Shown: positions 26,938 through 38,875 of the stretch, piece after piece
Layout of the letters: every line of letters begins with the position of its first letter
Numbering within the stretch: the first letter of the stretch is position 1
From: Squalus acanthias
Lineage: Eukaryota
Length of the DNA stretch: 64,000 bases
Assembly: GCA_030390025.1 (NCBI GenBank)
Contig: CM059431.1
Span: forward strand, 108,006,001 to 108,070,000
Reading direction: 5' to 3'
The notes under the pieces: generated by a model
Database searches by the model: none
The model's input: only the letters and a program-made list of their open reading frames with translations
What the model was told of the DNA's origin: nothing
Program-made: the position numbers and the translations under genes

Positions 26938-27639
26938 TGGGATTTGTTACTTGTGAAGTAATTAGCATGCAGAAATGCATAGTGCATTTGCACTGAAGAA
27001 CGGCTCTCAGGCATACTCAGTTACTCGAGAACAGCACGACATGAAATGGTTAATGTGGCTCAGGAGAGTGAGACAACTTTTACAGCATTGACACATACGC
27101 CATCGAGAAACTATCTAATTTATGGAACAATCAGAATAGAGATACACATGGTACCTGTCAGAGGGATTAAAATTTAAGTAAAAAGAATTTGGATTGGGAC
27201 AATTGAGGCTAGGGAGAAATAAATTTAGCAAAAATTATACACAAGATGGATGCGAATAAAAGAGATCTGGAGAAACCTTTAAATCCATGAATTGTTGATT
27301 AGATGTTAATACCTTGTAAAGAAAACTACAGTTTATGATTTTCTTTGTCTGCATCATTGTCTCTTGAAATGTATGTACTTAGTCGACATGCTAATGATTG
27401 ATTGTAAAACTGAATTATAACTGTGACTGTAATAATTGTGTTTTGTAGGTAACAGTGTGTGGGAAAAGCCAGTACGAATCCAGTATCAGGTGGTTTTGGT
27501 GGTGCCTCCTGTGTGAAGCATGGGGACTGTCAGCTGCACTGACTAATGCGAATAAGGTGACACAGTGGGATTGGGAACCAAAAGTGGTGGGAGACGGAGT
27601 GAGTCGGAAGGAGGAGACAAGCTCCTACTAGATCTCTAG

Positions 27640-28342
27640 TCTGAACATCCACGAGGGATTCTTCTTTAGGATGTGCAATGTTACCCGGTCTGTGGTGACA
27701 ACGCACTGATTGAGGAAGGAACCAGAGTGTGTATAAAATGATCAGGGGAAAGGAACCTACTGTGTCACTACTACCGCAACTAATATGCTTTACAGGTCTA
27801 ACAGGACCTGACCATTAATAGTCCCAGTTTCTGCTTCACGCCATATCTACCCACAACCATCAACCGACACGTTTTACTCGATATCAAAATCCTATGCTCA
27901 AGTGACACTGACAGTAAATGAGAAACTTAAGTATGAGCTGCACAATTATGTGGCACAATTTGGGTACGACACTCCGCTGTTGTCTGAGGACTTCAGTGAG
28001 CTCATTATGCGACTGAACTCCTCCCTAAAGCATTTTTATGTTTTGGAGTAAGACAACTCGAGAATAGATATTGAAATTGACAGCATAGGGAACGATTCAC
28101 ACTGGTGGAATATCAGACTTAATATATCGGCACACCCTTGGGTTCGTATTATTTCACACGCTCTTGTAGTATTCCAGCTTGTAATGGTCGTGTATTTGAT
28201 GTATGTAACCCGCTTAGTAAAAACTATGTTAAGGAGGCTCGACTCTGGAAGGGCCTTAAATAAAATAAAGAGAACCCTTCTCCACTGGCGCATCAGCCAA
28301 TTGTGTGCTTATGCCTATGACCAACCAGCACTAACAAATTAA
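27640..28342 (+). pseudogene. Retroviral env-like C-terminal remnant (Cys-rich segment, heptad, WW, transmembrane anchor, tail)
   Basis: GKGTYCVTTT...SPSFCFTP, then LSEDFSELIMRLNSSLKHFYVLE*DNSRIDIEIDSIGNDSHWWNI...WVRIISHALVVFQLVMVVYLMYVTRLVK; stop at 28340-28342; lies just upstream of PPT/LTR. Confidence 0.65.
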
Positions 28343-28685
28343 TTGAGCACTCCGAAAGAGAAGATCCGAGACGAAGTAGAGGAGACCCCAGGCAGGGTAA
28401 GATCAGGAAAGATAGAAGAAACAGAGGATACCCCAGGCGGGGCAGAATTGGAACACCGGAACAGCGAACTGAATTTGAGTGAGGGGTCGGAGGAATGCTC
28501 CTCCCCCTCAAGTGTGTGGACTGTAAGAATACTGGGAAAGTCTCCACTTCGCATTCACTTACTAACTACCCTGAAATAGACACACCGATTGAACCGTCAA
28601 AGCAATAATCTACAGTTGGCACGGTTGGTAGAGGGCCGAACACGAGAGGTCGAATAGAGTTTTCTCCCTCTCAAGGTGGGGAGTC

Positions 28686-29429
28686 TGTTAGAAATTAGGG
28701 GCACCTAAAAAATATATGGTTATGTGAATGAAATTGTGACGCAAATAATACTGTGTTTAGATGATTGTATGAGAGCTTGAGATAAAAGTGTCTTCAGACT
28801 AGTATTAGAATAGTTGGATAGATGCTTAAAATTTGCCTATGTTTTCGATTCCCTGCAGATGTTATAACATTCCACACAGTCACATATGACCTTGCTTCCC
28901 AGGCTAGCTGTCTGCTATTCATGTGCTCGGAAGGCTACTGACTGTATCTTTAATTTGGCCAACCAACGCCCAACGCCTATGTTTCTTCCATTACCGCTAA
29001 TAACCATATTATAATGCTAAGTTAAGATTTTGACTTTGTTTAACAAAACCGCTTGCTAAAATGCATAAGTTAACCGGTGTGTGAGAATAGAATAGATACC
29101 CTCGTAGTTTGGGGAATTTAATGATTCATTCCAATATACAATAGTCTGATAATGGAATGAAATAGTTTGTTTGCACAGCAAAGCTGCATGAGCAGCTTTG
29201 AACATAAATAACTGATAACAAGCAGCTATGAATATCAGAAGGATGAGAATGGTATGTCTGACTCCACACTTGGGAGGACAGGGCCGGATGAGATAAGGGG
29301 AAAACAGTCCTTAGCATATTCTACCCCAGGTCCACCCCTAAAAAAAGAGTATAAAAGAAAGACCTGAAAAGCCTCCAGCGCAGATGGTGGATCTATGCTG
29401 ACTTTGGTCTAACACTCTTGGGCAGTTCA

Positions 29430-29472
<43 letters not shown>

Positions 29473-29659
29473 TATTTGCGCACGCCAGCCGTCTGTCCGA
29501 TCGGGGCCGGTCCTCGCCACTTGTCACGGTCGTATGTTTTTGCTGTATAACTAGTGTGTTATATTCCACCTTAAACTATGATTAAACATAATATACCCAC
29601 CATATTGGCTGCAGTTGATCCTGATTATTCGAAGGACCAGAGATAAGCTAATCCCAACA
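28686..29659 (+). mobile_element. 3' LTR (974 bp)
   Basis: TGTTAGAAATTAG...CTAATCCCAACA imperfect inverted ends, preceded by PPT; TATAAAA at 29350; ATTAAA at 29581. Confidence 0.85.
29432..29467. repeat. (GA)n microsatellite within LTR
   Basis: Perfect dinucleotide run. Confidence 0.98.
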
Positions 29660-30762
29660 ACAGTGTGCAGTTCGATACACATAAATAGGCATTTAAACTG
29701 TTTGCTTTTTCGCACGGCTCTCTAAGTATAAGTTACAGCGAAGTATAACTTCAGAATTTGAAAGCTGTTTGTAAATATACCAATTGATTATCCACAGTGA
29801 TCCCCATGGATAAAATGGGTGGGTTTATAATAATGTAGCTTAAGTTGTAAAATAATTTTTCAAACAAAATTTATCATCATCAATTGTGGTGAGTGACTTT
29901 CCTGAGATATTAATCCTGATGGTGAGTGGTATTGGTGACGTACAGAGGCAGCATGAAGGACCGTCTGCCAGGTTACTTATGGATGTCAGTTTTCCACCTG
30001 TGCAGCCTATTCACTACCACCCATTTTGACACTTGACAAAGTCGAATTTCACCGCCCAGTGGCTGTTAGATTCAGACACATATCTCAGGTTTTTGACTCG
30101 GAGGCCAGAGTGCTGCCACTGAGCCATGGATGACACCTGACACAGAGGCACACCGAAAACATTAAACTTTCCATTCTTTCAAACGTTCATCGGTCTGCAG
30201 TGCCTCTCTGAATTTCTTGTTCTTTTTTTTTCATTTTGGCAAAATCTTGTGTTTCATTCAAAAACAGTTCTCTAGTATTATAGTCGCCACTGGTTTCTGA
30301 ACCTACTTGATGATATTAAAGACGTAGCTAAACATTCTGTGGGTTTTTATTTCCTTAGACAAAGGCCCCAGTTTTTACCCAGGGCGTGAGTGCGTGGTGC
30401 GGGAAGCGCCCATGATGAAACAGTCATGAGGCCGGGCCCATTTTCACTCGTGGACCATCATCCAGGATGGACTTCTGCCCGAACCCGACGGGAATGACAC
30501 GGAAGCCGGTGGGCGGGAGAGGGAATTCACGAGGCAGAAGACCGCCTCCAGGGACCCAAGTAAAAGATCCCTGGCAAGTACTGAGGGGTGCTGTCCAGAG
30601 GCGGTGGCGGCTGGGCGTAGAGGGAGGGAAGTCCGGGATAAGGTAGAGACGAGGTTTCCTTGTGGGGCCTGGAGAACCATTCTTGCTCCTCCAGGCACTC
30701 GAGATAACCAGAAAATGAAAAGTTAAAGTAGCCTGGGCCTCTTCTGGCTATGATCCCGATAG
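29660..30762 (+). repeat. Copy 2 of ~1.1-kb direct duplication
   Basis: Begins at the base immediately after the LTR CA; collinear with 21663-22781. Confidence 0.95.
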
Positions 30763-31194
30763 ACGGCAAATTTCCCTGGCAGCTCCGCCAATGGACTTCA
30801 CTGCCAGAATCAGCAGTTAAAATCGCGCCGGGGTCCAAATCAATGTACCCCCAATTGTTTTTTTGTTTTTTTTTGAGTGCGCTGCCCCTTTTAAGGGGCT
30901 GCACGGCCCATTCATAGTTTCACGCATGCGCGAAACGCAACATTGTAAAAGCCGGCAGAGAGCCGCGTGGCCGCGCAGCGTAGAGGGAACGTTGGTCAGA
31001 ATGACATCACCATATCCCGATATTTAAATAAGATCGAGGCTCCCCGACTGCCAACGACTGGCGGCTGTGACGCTGCTAAATACCCGGCAGTTAAAATGGC
31101 GGCTGGCGCAAATGCATCCGGAACGCAGCAGGACCGCCATTTTAACCAGCTGCCCACACCATTCCCGTCAGGCGGGCAGAGTTAAAATTGGCCC
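30364..31194. mobile_element. MITE (complete here; only its first ~400 bp present in duplication copy 1)
   Basis: Ends ggccccagttttta / ttaaaattggccc; GC-rich body. Confidence 0.7.
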
Positions 31195-31671
31195 TATTTA
31201 ATGATTCCGTTTGGTTTTCTCAATGCTGTGACCAATAGGGTTACATCCTGTAGGGTAGCCCACAGTAGACTCCTTTTGAATTTTAAATGTTAATCTTAGG
31301 ACCATGCTCAGAATAATGGCCTGGGCATTTCTCTCTTTGCATTAGATATACAATGTAATGCTCCAAGTAGGTTTGTCAATGTTTTGGTGAAATGGTGGAA
31401 GGACACTACTGACAGAAGAATTCCTATATATTATCTGAATTTGTCTCACTCATATTAGTCAATAATATTCGCACTTATCCTTTGCATTACGCCTCCACAT
31501 TGATGAATAGCACTGTGAAACATTTATTAACCTTTCTCATGCTTTGTTGGGCTAGCTGATTTCATTAGTGTTAAGTCAGCAGAACAAACATACAGGACAC
31601 AATTCAACTCTTACTCGAACATTTTTAAAGAAACCAGCAAAGCATTTTGGGGCGAAATGACTCTATAAAGG

Positions 31672-31938
31672 AAGAAAGATTTGCATTCCTATAGCGCCTT
31701 TCATGACCTCAGGACATCCCCCCAAGGCACTCTTACAGCCAATGAAGTACTTTAGAAGGGCAGTCACTGTTGTCATGTAGGAAACATGCCAGACAATTTG
31801 TAGTATGGGTTGAGGGATAAATTTTGGCCAGGACACCGGGGAGAACTCCCCTGCTCTTCTTCGAAATAGTGCCATGGGATTTTTTACGCCCGCCTCAGGA
31901 GGACAGACGGGGCCTCGGTTTAACGTCTCATCCAAAAG
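31672..31938 (-). mobile_element. DeuSINE fragment
   Basis: Reverse complement of SINE 3' half with an internal deletion. Confidence 0.75.
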
Positions 31939-32683
31939 ATGTATATTAAGATACAAACGTGCTTCGATGAAATTCCTCCGGTCACTATTTTAAACGCAGT
32001 TGTTAACCTGTTTAACATTAATGCACTCGTATGCTAATATCCCATTTGGACACACATGATTCGAACTATAGCTATGCAGTTCATCCATAATTTTGGTAAT
32101 GTTCTTATTGCCTCTTCCATATGCCAATGCCGAGATGAGTAGCCCATTACCTCGACAGGCTGCTCTCCAGTAAGTTACACGCTTTTCCCGTTTGCTTTCA
32201 CTTTTTGCTTCTTTGTCCCATCAATTCACCTTCTCCCACTGTCCTTGGTAAATATTTTTAATACATCTTTTGTCAGGATTTCATTTATATTCATTAAATC
32301 TACCATCAGTTCAGAAGTGATTCTAATGCATTATTCATTTCTCTATAAACCAGTGAACAGCTGAATACTACATTCATAATCAACTTTATGAATACACATC
32401 AAAATTGCAGCATAATATAATAGTTTACAGAAGAAAGGATGCAATAAGGTTTGATTCACAATAGCATCTCATCTTTATAAGATTATTTTTGCCTCTGCTC
32501 AGCGGTGGGCAATAGATATTCCGGCCGTGCTGCTTTCAGATCCCTTCTTACATTTTATCTATTAAGCTCGGTCTCTGTTTATCGGTCTTTAACCAAGTTA
32601 TTGACTATTTGACTTGATGTATGAGAAACAAGTAAGTTTTAAAGACAGAAGTTGCTGTTGGTGATACAAGCAGGTACACATCA

Positions 32684-33419
32684 GGGTCGGGAGTTTCCGC
32701 TCGATTGCGCTGTTTTATTCGGCGCAATTCGCCCGATACGGCCGTAACCGGCGCCAAAGATCATGGAATTTTAAGCACAAATTGCATTCAGCGCAACTCA
32801 AATTTCCACGCTCTTTTGCGCTAGATTTAAAAACATCGCGCTAGAAGCAGGCCCCGTCCACAAAACTGGCCCCGCCCCCAGGGTGAATTAATCACCATTG
32901 GGAGTTTCCGCTAATTGCGCTCAATTGCGGGCCTTCGAGGAGGCTGCAAAAATTAAGCTGGATCTTTTGGGCACAAGGACTCTAGCAAGTACGTTTTGAA
33001 AGGATTTGAATTATTTTTTTTTTAAATTTACTAAAGGAACTCACTATTGTACGCCAATCTAACTAGAAAATAGTTTTGTATATTTTTAAAAAGTCATTTT
33101 CAGTGATTTAAAATCGGGTCACTCACAGGTGGTGGATTTAAAATGCTTATTTTAAGTGATTAATACAGTTGAAAATGGGTTTATCAATTTTTACCAAGTT
33201 ACCACTCTTAAACATATATCGGAGAATATTTTTTAAAGCAAATGTATTTTTAAAAAATTACGTTTTGAAACACTGTCCATTTGCACTAGTGCATGGCAGG
33301 TTTTGCATTCGGCGATGTGCAAATGAGTTTGAGCAGAACTCGGGCAGAAACAGCACTTTGCAGAACGGATGCAACTTGTGCCAGAATCGCCGATTGAGCC
33401 CAAAGCGGAAACTCTACCC
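32684..33419 (+). mobile_element. MITE family C, copy 1
   Basis: TIR gggtcgggagtttccgc / gcggaaactctaccc; collinear with 62022-62744. Confidence 0.8.
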
Positions 33420-33665
33420 GTTAATGGGTTTTGATGACATTCCCCCTGTCCACTGTAAGCGTTTCAGTTCAAATAGCAGTCAGAGGAACGTTATCCGAAC
33501 ATGTTCGGATCTTTCACAGCACCGGCACCTTCACAACGGGCCGAATGGCCTCCTTCTGTGCTGCATGATTCTTTGTTAAGTATTCATCCACCAATGCTGC
33601 CGACAGTCATTTCTGACCTTTAATTACCAACATTCTACCTTTCAAAACTGCACCGAAAGGCGTAC

Positions 33666-33852
33666 CTTTATTAGCATCCATCCCTCCAACTGCATACAGA
33701 GCTCCAACAGTAGACTTCCGAGGCCGAGTCCTTGGACTCTGCATTAAAGGTCGTCTCTCTGGTAACAGATGGTACTTCATGGCTTCAAGAATGAGTTTCT
33801 GGCACTCCAGGTCATCCTTGAAGAGAGCGTTATTTTCAAGGTCTGCCAATAG
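33666..33852 (-). CDS. klhl1: Next internal coding exon (187 nt, phase 0/1) of kelch-like protein 1, end of BACK domain and start of kelch repeat 1
   Basis: Translates [62 protein letters not shown](G); acceptor ttttacAG 33853-33854, donor GTacg 33665-33661; joins in frame to the 49-kb exon. Confidence 0.9.
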
Positions 33853-34199
33853 CTGTAAAACAATAAATAAATAAATTAAATTCAGGTAACTGATTTCTAC
33901 ATTTGCTAGTAACTGCTCATAAAGTATACACACAATAGTGGGTACTGTGGAAGGCTGTAATTCAATCGAGCGGTTTTGATGAAATCGTAAAGGAAAGCAG
34001 GGTTCAAATGGTTTATCAATGTCAATAGAACTTCAAGGTTAAATTTTAGGCTTGTAACTTTCTCTACGGCAGATTTTATTTTCTATAACGTACATTGTGT
34101 TTCTGAAGTGCAATATTTTAATTGTTGATGCATATCATTATACTGCGCTGCTGAAGTGATTGTGAATTGCCAGCAGATTGATAAAAAAAAGCTGAGAGA

Positions 34200-35460
34200 A
34201 GGGAGAATCGTTATGGATTCAAATCTGCCAGAAATACCATCTCAGTTTTAAGGGCGTCAGTTGCTCCCTTAAGCGGTCTGAGCATCTTACTTTTATTGGA
34301 GTGGTCTCAGACTGCCCTATATCTACTTGTATGATGGCTCAATCCAGGGATAGCATCTCCTTACGATCTGGACAGGACACTCGCGTCTTCTGCACCTGTG
34401 TTTCTTCCATCTCTACGAAGGTAGATCAGATATGAACAGAGCCAGTTACAGTGCCATCTCATGACGCAATACACAGAAGCAGAGAGCCAAATCAATCTCA
34501 AAGACACCCACCGACACCCACCAGCCTTCCAGCTCACCTACTCCTGCCACTGGGGGCAGCACCTCGAAAGAGCACTAGGGTTAGGCTCCACATCACCAAG
34601 GCCAAGCAACAAATGCTAGGCACACACACCACTCAATTATAGAGTATTTAATTTGGTTGCAGTTCATTTCAACTGTTTCAGGAGAGTTTTCATGGTACAG
34701 TGTAAAATAAGATATTAATGGATGAAAGGAGTGGGAGTCATGATAGCTGAGTTAGTGCAGAAGCCTATGTTGGTGAGAGAGCCTTTGGCCATTGCATTAT
34801 GTACATGTTGAGGACTGTGAGTGCATTAGGTGTATAAGGGCATTTAGATGAAGGTCTCATTAATGAGATCCTGCTGTATGGCTCTTGTTGCCTGCAAAGA
34901 TGGCTTAGCAGGAATATCTTCTGCCTCCTCAACTTTGTCTTGCTCTGCTCTTGGCTGTGGTTAGGTGTCCTCTTCCTCTCTTGCTATGTATTTATGCCTC
35001 TTTTGCATGGCAACGTTTTGAAGTATGCAGCAGACTACAATGGCTTCAGAGATCCTGGTGGTGGTTATTGTAAGATAGCCTCTGATCTGTCCTGCAGCAG
35101 AAGCTCCAGTTCAAGATGCCTGCAGTGTGTTCAATAATGAATGTGTGGGCCTTGTATCTGTTTGCTGCTGTTCATGGTTGTCTCAGAGGTGTCGGGGCCT
35201 AAAGCTGAAAAGGGGAGCCTAGGTCACCGAAGAGCCACCCTTGCAAATTTCTTTCCCCATCAAGTCATTGTGGAAAGGTGGATTGTCTTAAAATGAAAGC
35301 ATCATGACTGCTGCCTTAGAAGCAGACATTAACTTGTTTTACTAGTCATAGACAATCTGCATGTGGATGAATCGGAAGTCCTCGCATTTCATGAATGGGA
35401 TGAGACTGTGCGTAATATGCCTGTGTGGCCATTAGTGAAAATAATGCCCTGGACTTTAAG
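34200..35460. mobile_element. Highly degenerate Harbinger remnant
   Basis: gcagcacctcgaaagagcactagggttagg resembles the Myb-gene 3' end near 14450; minus-strand HSLN-like segment near 34800; boundaries approximate. Confidence 0.4.
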
Positions 35461-36705
35461 GATTACTAACCTCTGGGAAAAAAATACATACTTCTCTCAT
35501 TCTACTGCTGGTTGCCCGTGGGGAAGTGATGAAGTTGTTTGACCTAGTGAACAACACATCAATCATCTACTTGAAACATCTGCAAACTACAGATTGACTA
35601 ATGTTCATTGTAAGAGCCTAGAATGAGCCAGAGATGTAAAAGTTCTGTGGAAAAGCAGTCAAAGAGTCCTGAACTGTGGTAGGCATAATGGCATTCAGTA
35701 TAGGTTACAACAGTTGATTATGACATCTGCAAAGTAGAATATTATATTGTGTAAAAGAGCTAATAGCTATTTCAATCCTTACCTAGAACAAGATGTGGTT
35801 TGGAAACCAGCCATCACATTCCTGAGCTCTGAATTATTTTCCTGAATCTCTCTGTCTTGTTACATCTCTACTTTCAACAGCTTCATCAAATCCTAGCTCT
35901 TCATTGATCACCTTCCCTAATCTTTGCCCAATTCCTGCTTGATGTCTGGTCTGCCCCTTTGCAAAGCACCTTATGTAAGGCACCATGTACGGTGCAAGGT
36001 GTTAATGTTGATCGTGACGGAGTAATAGTAAGATGGACCTTACTTGAACATGAACCCTAGCCATAACTCATCCATAAATCCCCATTATCAAACATGCTCG
36101 TTTCCAATTCATGACTTTTGCCACTTCAGGGTCAGTGTGCTTCAGTCTGCAGATGCGGTTTTGTGGATACGGGCAGGTGCAAGGAGTCTGCCCAAGATGC
36201 AATCTGACCCACCTCGCATCCCTTCACTCATCCTCACCTTCCTCTAAATAACACAGGAAGAGAGAACTGACCACTGGAACGGCAATTTTCTACTTGAAAT
36301 TGCAGCAACAAAAAAAACAAGCAGGCAATTAAATCTCTCAGCCAAATTGTCAAAGAACAGGCAAAAATAAGTACGTAAAATAAACATCTAGCACAAAACG
36401 AAAGAAAAAAACACTTTGAAATTCTTATCAAAACACAGCAGATCGCCTTTTAAATACTAGCTTACTGTGAGCCCATGATGTGTCTGCCCCATCGCCTGTC
36501 TTATTTGGGGGGGAACTCAACACACTCCTCGTGAGACCCATGAGAAATTACCAGTGCACCAATATGGATCCCATTACAATATATCAATATATTTAAATAT
36601 AAAAATTAAACTTTTGCCTCTTTTGTCCAAGAGTTCCTTGGGACTGCCTTAAGTCCTTGCTGGATGGCTGCACATGACGTAGAATGAATGGCGATCTGGC
36701 ATGAT

Positions 36706-36930
36706 AGGAACATTGGAACAGGAGTAGACCATTTAGCCTGTTCCACCATTCAATGAATTCATGGCTGATCTGTGACCTAACTCCATATACCCGCCTTGGG
36801 CACCTATCCCTTAATACCTTTGGTTACCAACAATCTAGCAATCTCAGATTTAAAATTAACAATTGACCTAGCATTAGCTGCCGTTTGCGGAAGAGAGATC
36901 CAAACTTCTACCACCCTTTGCGTGTAGAAG
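36706..36930 (-). mobile_element. CR1 3' fragment
   Basis: FYTQRVVEVWISLPQTA; same subfamily as 19846-20128. Confidence 0.8.
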
Positions 36931-36934
36931 ACCA

Positions 36935-38595
36935 AGGGGGGGGGCGCCGACTTAACTTCACGCTCTGCGAACTTCGACCTTAGCGCTGAGTTTAACACTG
37001 GGTCCTAAGCTCGCTCTGAAAAGCGAGTGTGCAGCAGACCTACAGAGACGCTGTCCGCATTTCTAAAAGGGACACACACATCTTTCAGGTAAGTTTGCAT
37101 TGAAGCTTTTGGACCGGATTATTTTGATTTTATTGAAGTAGTGGCTTGGTGCAATAAATGTTAAAAGTTTTTTTTTTTAAAGAGTGCAGGGAGTGCCTCT
37201 GGATGCTTGCAAGACCTCAGATGGTAAAGATAGGCCTCTGAGAAGACAGAAAATGCTGGAAATACTCAGCAGGTCAGGCAGCATCCGTGGAAAGAGAAAC
37301 AGAGTTCATGTGCCAGGTCGAGATGCTGCCTGACCTGCTGAGTATCTCCAGCATTTTATGCTTTTATTTCAGTTTTCCAGCATCCATTCACAGAGGGAAG
37401 AGGAAGACGCAGAAGAGGAGGAAACAGAAAAGGAGGAAGCAGAAGGAAGGATGCAACCTAGACAGCTCCTTTCTGGTTGGGATATCCGGGATGGAATCAT
37501 TCACCTGCGGTACCAGTGACCACAACCCCAATTCCCCTTCAACATTTGTCCCACACCTTACCGTCCCTCGGTTACTGACCATCACAGCGTCGTCTTGGCC
37601 TTAAAACTGAAATAAAAGCCACCACAAAGTAAACTTTCCAATCCAACTTTATACACCTATCCATCCAATATGACATCAAGAAATCAACTTATCACCCTTA
37701 AGCATTCCCTGAGTGGCTGTCTTGTGTGTGCCTTTGCCTATCCTACTGATGTCACGCAGTGCTACCGCAGTGGCTGCAGCATGGCTGGTGGAAGGCTGCT
37801 GACTTTCAGTGGGGGACATGGCAGATGGCCTTGCTGGTCGACCTTGAGGAGCTGATGGCTGGGAGTGTCAAATCGAGTGACGGTGTTTCTTCTTCTTCTT
37901 CATTCTCCTCTCCCTCTTCTTGGCCAAACCATTGGCTGAGCAGGCTGCATTTTTTGGGTGTGCGAAATGAGGAAGTCACAAGTGTGGAGTTGTTGTGAGG
38001 GTAGGGCGGGAAAGCAAGAGGTGCATGCGAGAAGGAGGATAACGTATGAGGATACCAGCATCTTGTATCCTTTTAGCCCTGCCGCTGGCCTAGGGCCCAG
38101 CTATGCCTCTGTCAAAAATGGTCAGCACCGTCTTCTCCAAGGGGGTGCGATGAAGCTATTAATGGGAGGTGTGTCTCGTGTTTGGTACAAATTGTTGGTA
38201 GGTGAGTGATTGGGGGGGGCGGTGGGGGGGAATTGTGCATTGAGAAGTGTTTGAGGCTAGTGGTGCAGTTGGTAGGAGATGGCTTTTGAAGATGCATTCA
38301 CTGACCTTGACCACTGGTCAGAGGTCATGAAGCTTCTTTGGGCACTGGAGCCAGGTGATGGGGGTAAAACTGCAGGCAGTGACGGCCTCAGTGATCTGGT
38401 CCAACATCGTTCTTTCTGGAGGAACTCCTGGCCCTTGTGGGTAGAGGACCTCTCTTACAGCGTTGACCCCCTGCACAAAGCTGGAGTGCTGCATGCAAGA
38501 CCCTGGGTGCCTCTTCCCTGGCCTGTTGAGCCATTTGTGTTAGTGCTGAAGCAATGTAGCATTTTTTTTTAGATGCAGAAGGCAATTCAGCTTTA
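36935..38595. mobile_element. Deleted Harbinger derivative with Myb/SANT remnant on minus strand and a nested Penelope fold-back
   Basis: Minus strand near 38300-38520 reads APRV...KLHDL..VK followed by GTcagt/GTgaat; boundaries approximate. Confidence 0.5.
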
Positions 38596-38599
38596 AAGA

Positions 38600-38872
38600 A
38601 AGAAAGAAAGACTTGCATTTATATAGCGCCTTTCACGACCACCGGACGTCTCAAAGCACTTTACAGTCAATGAAGTACTTTTGAAGTGGAGTCGCTGTTG
38701 TAGTGTGGGAAACGCGGCAGCCAATTAGCGCACAGCAAGCTCCAACAAACAGCAATGTGATAATGACCAGTGTCAGCCTAGCTTTATGTGCTCAAGTTCC
38801 TGGAGTGGGACTCAAACCCACAACCTTCTGACTCAGAGGTGAGTGTGCTACCAACTGAGCCACAGCTGACAG
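38600..38872 (-). mobile_element. DeuSINE with internal deletion
   Basis: tRNA-like head joined directly to the 3' tail. Confidence 0.8.
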
Positions 38873-38875
38873 TAT

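Larger units (their letters stand above)
22782..29659 (+). mobile_element. 5'-truncated, internally deleted endogenous retrovirus-like element with secondary insertions
   Basis: env-like TM remnant, polypurine tract aaggtggggag (28673-28683) and one LTR; no 5' LTR or PBS seen; assignment of 22782-27600 to the provirus is inferred from position. Confidence 0.7.

Noticed and set aside
21663..30762. The 1.1-kb direct repeats as the element's LTRs
   Set aside because: No TG..CA ends, contain a SINE head and a truncated MITE, and a genuine PPT plus TG..CA LTR lies inside them
33607..33933. ORF-track 108-aa and 70-aa (49078-49290) ORFs as stand-alone genes
   Set aside because: They are exons with intronic read-through; boundaries set by splice sites instead
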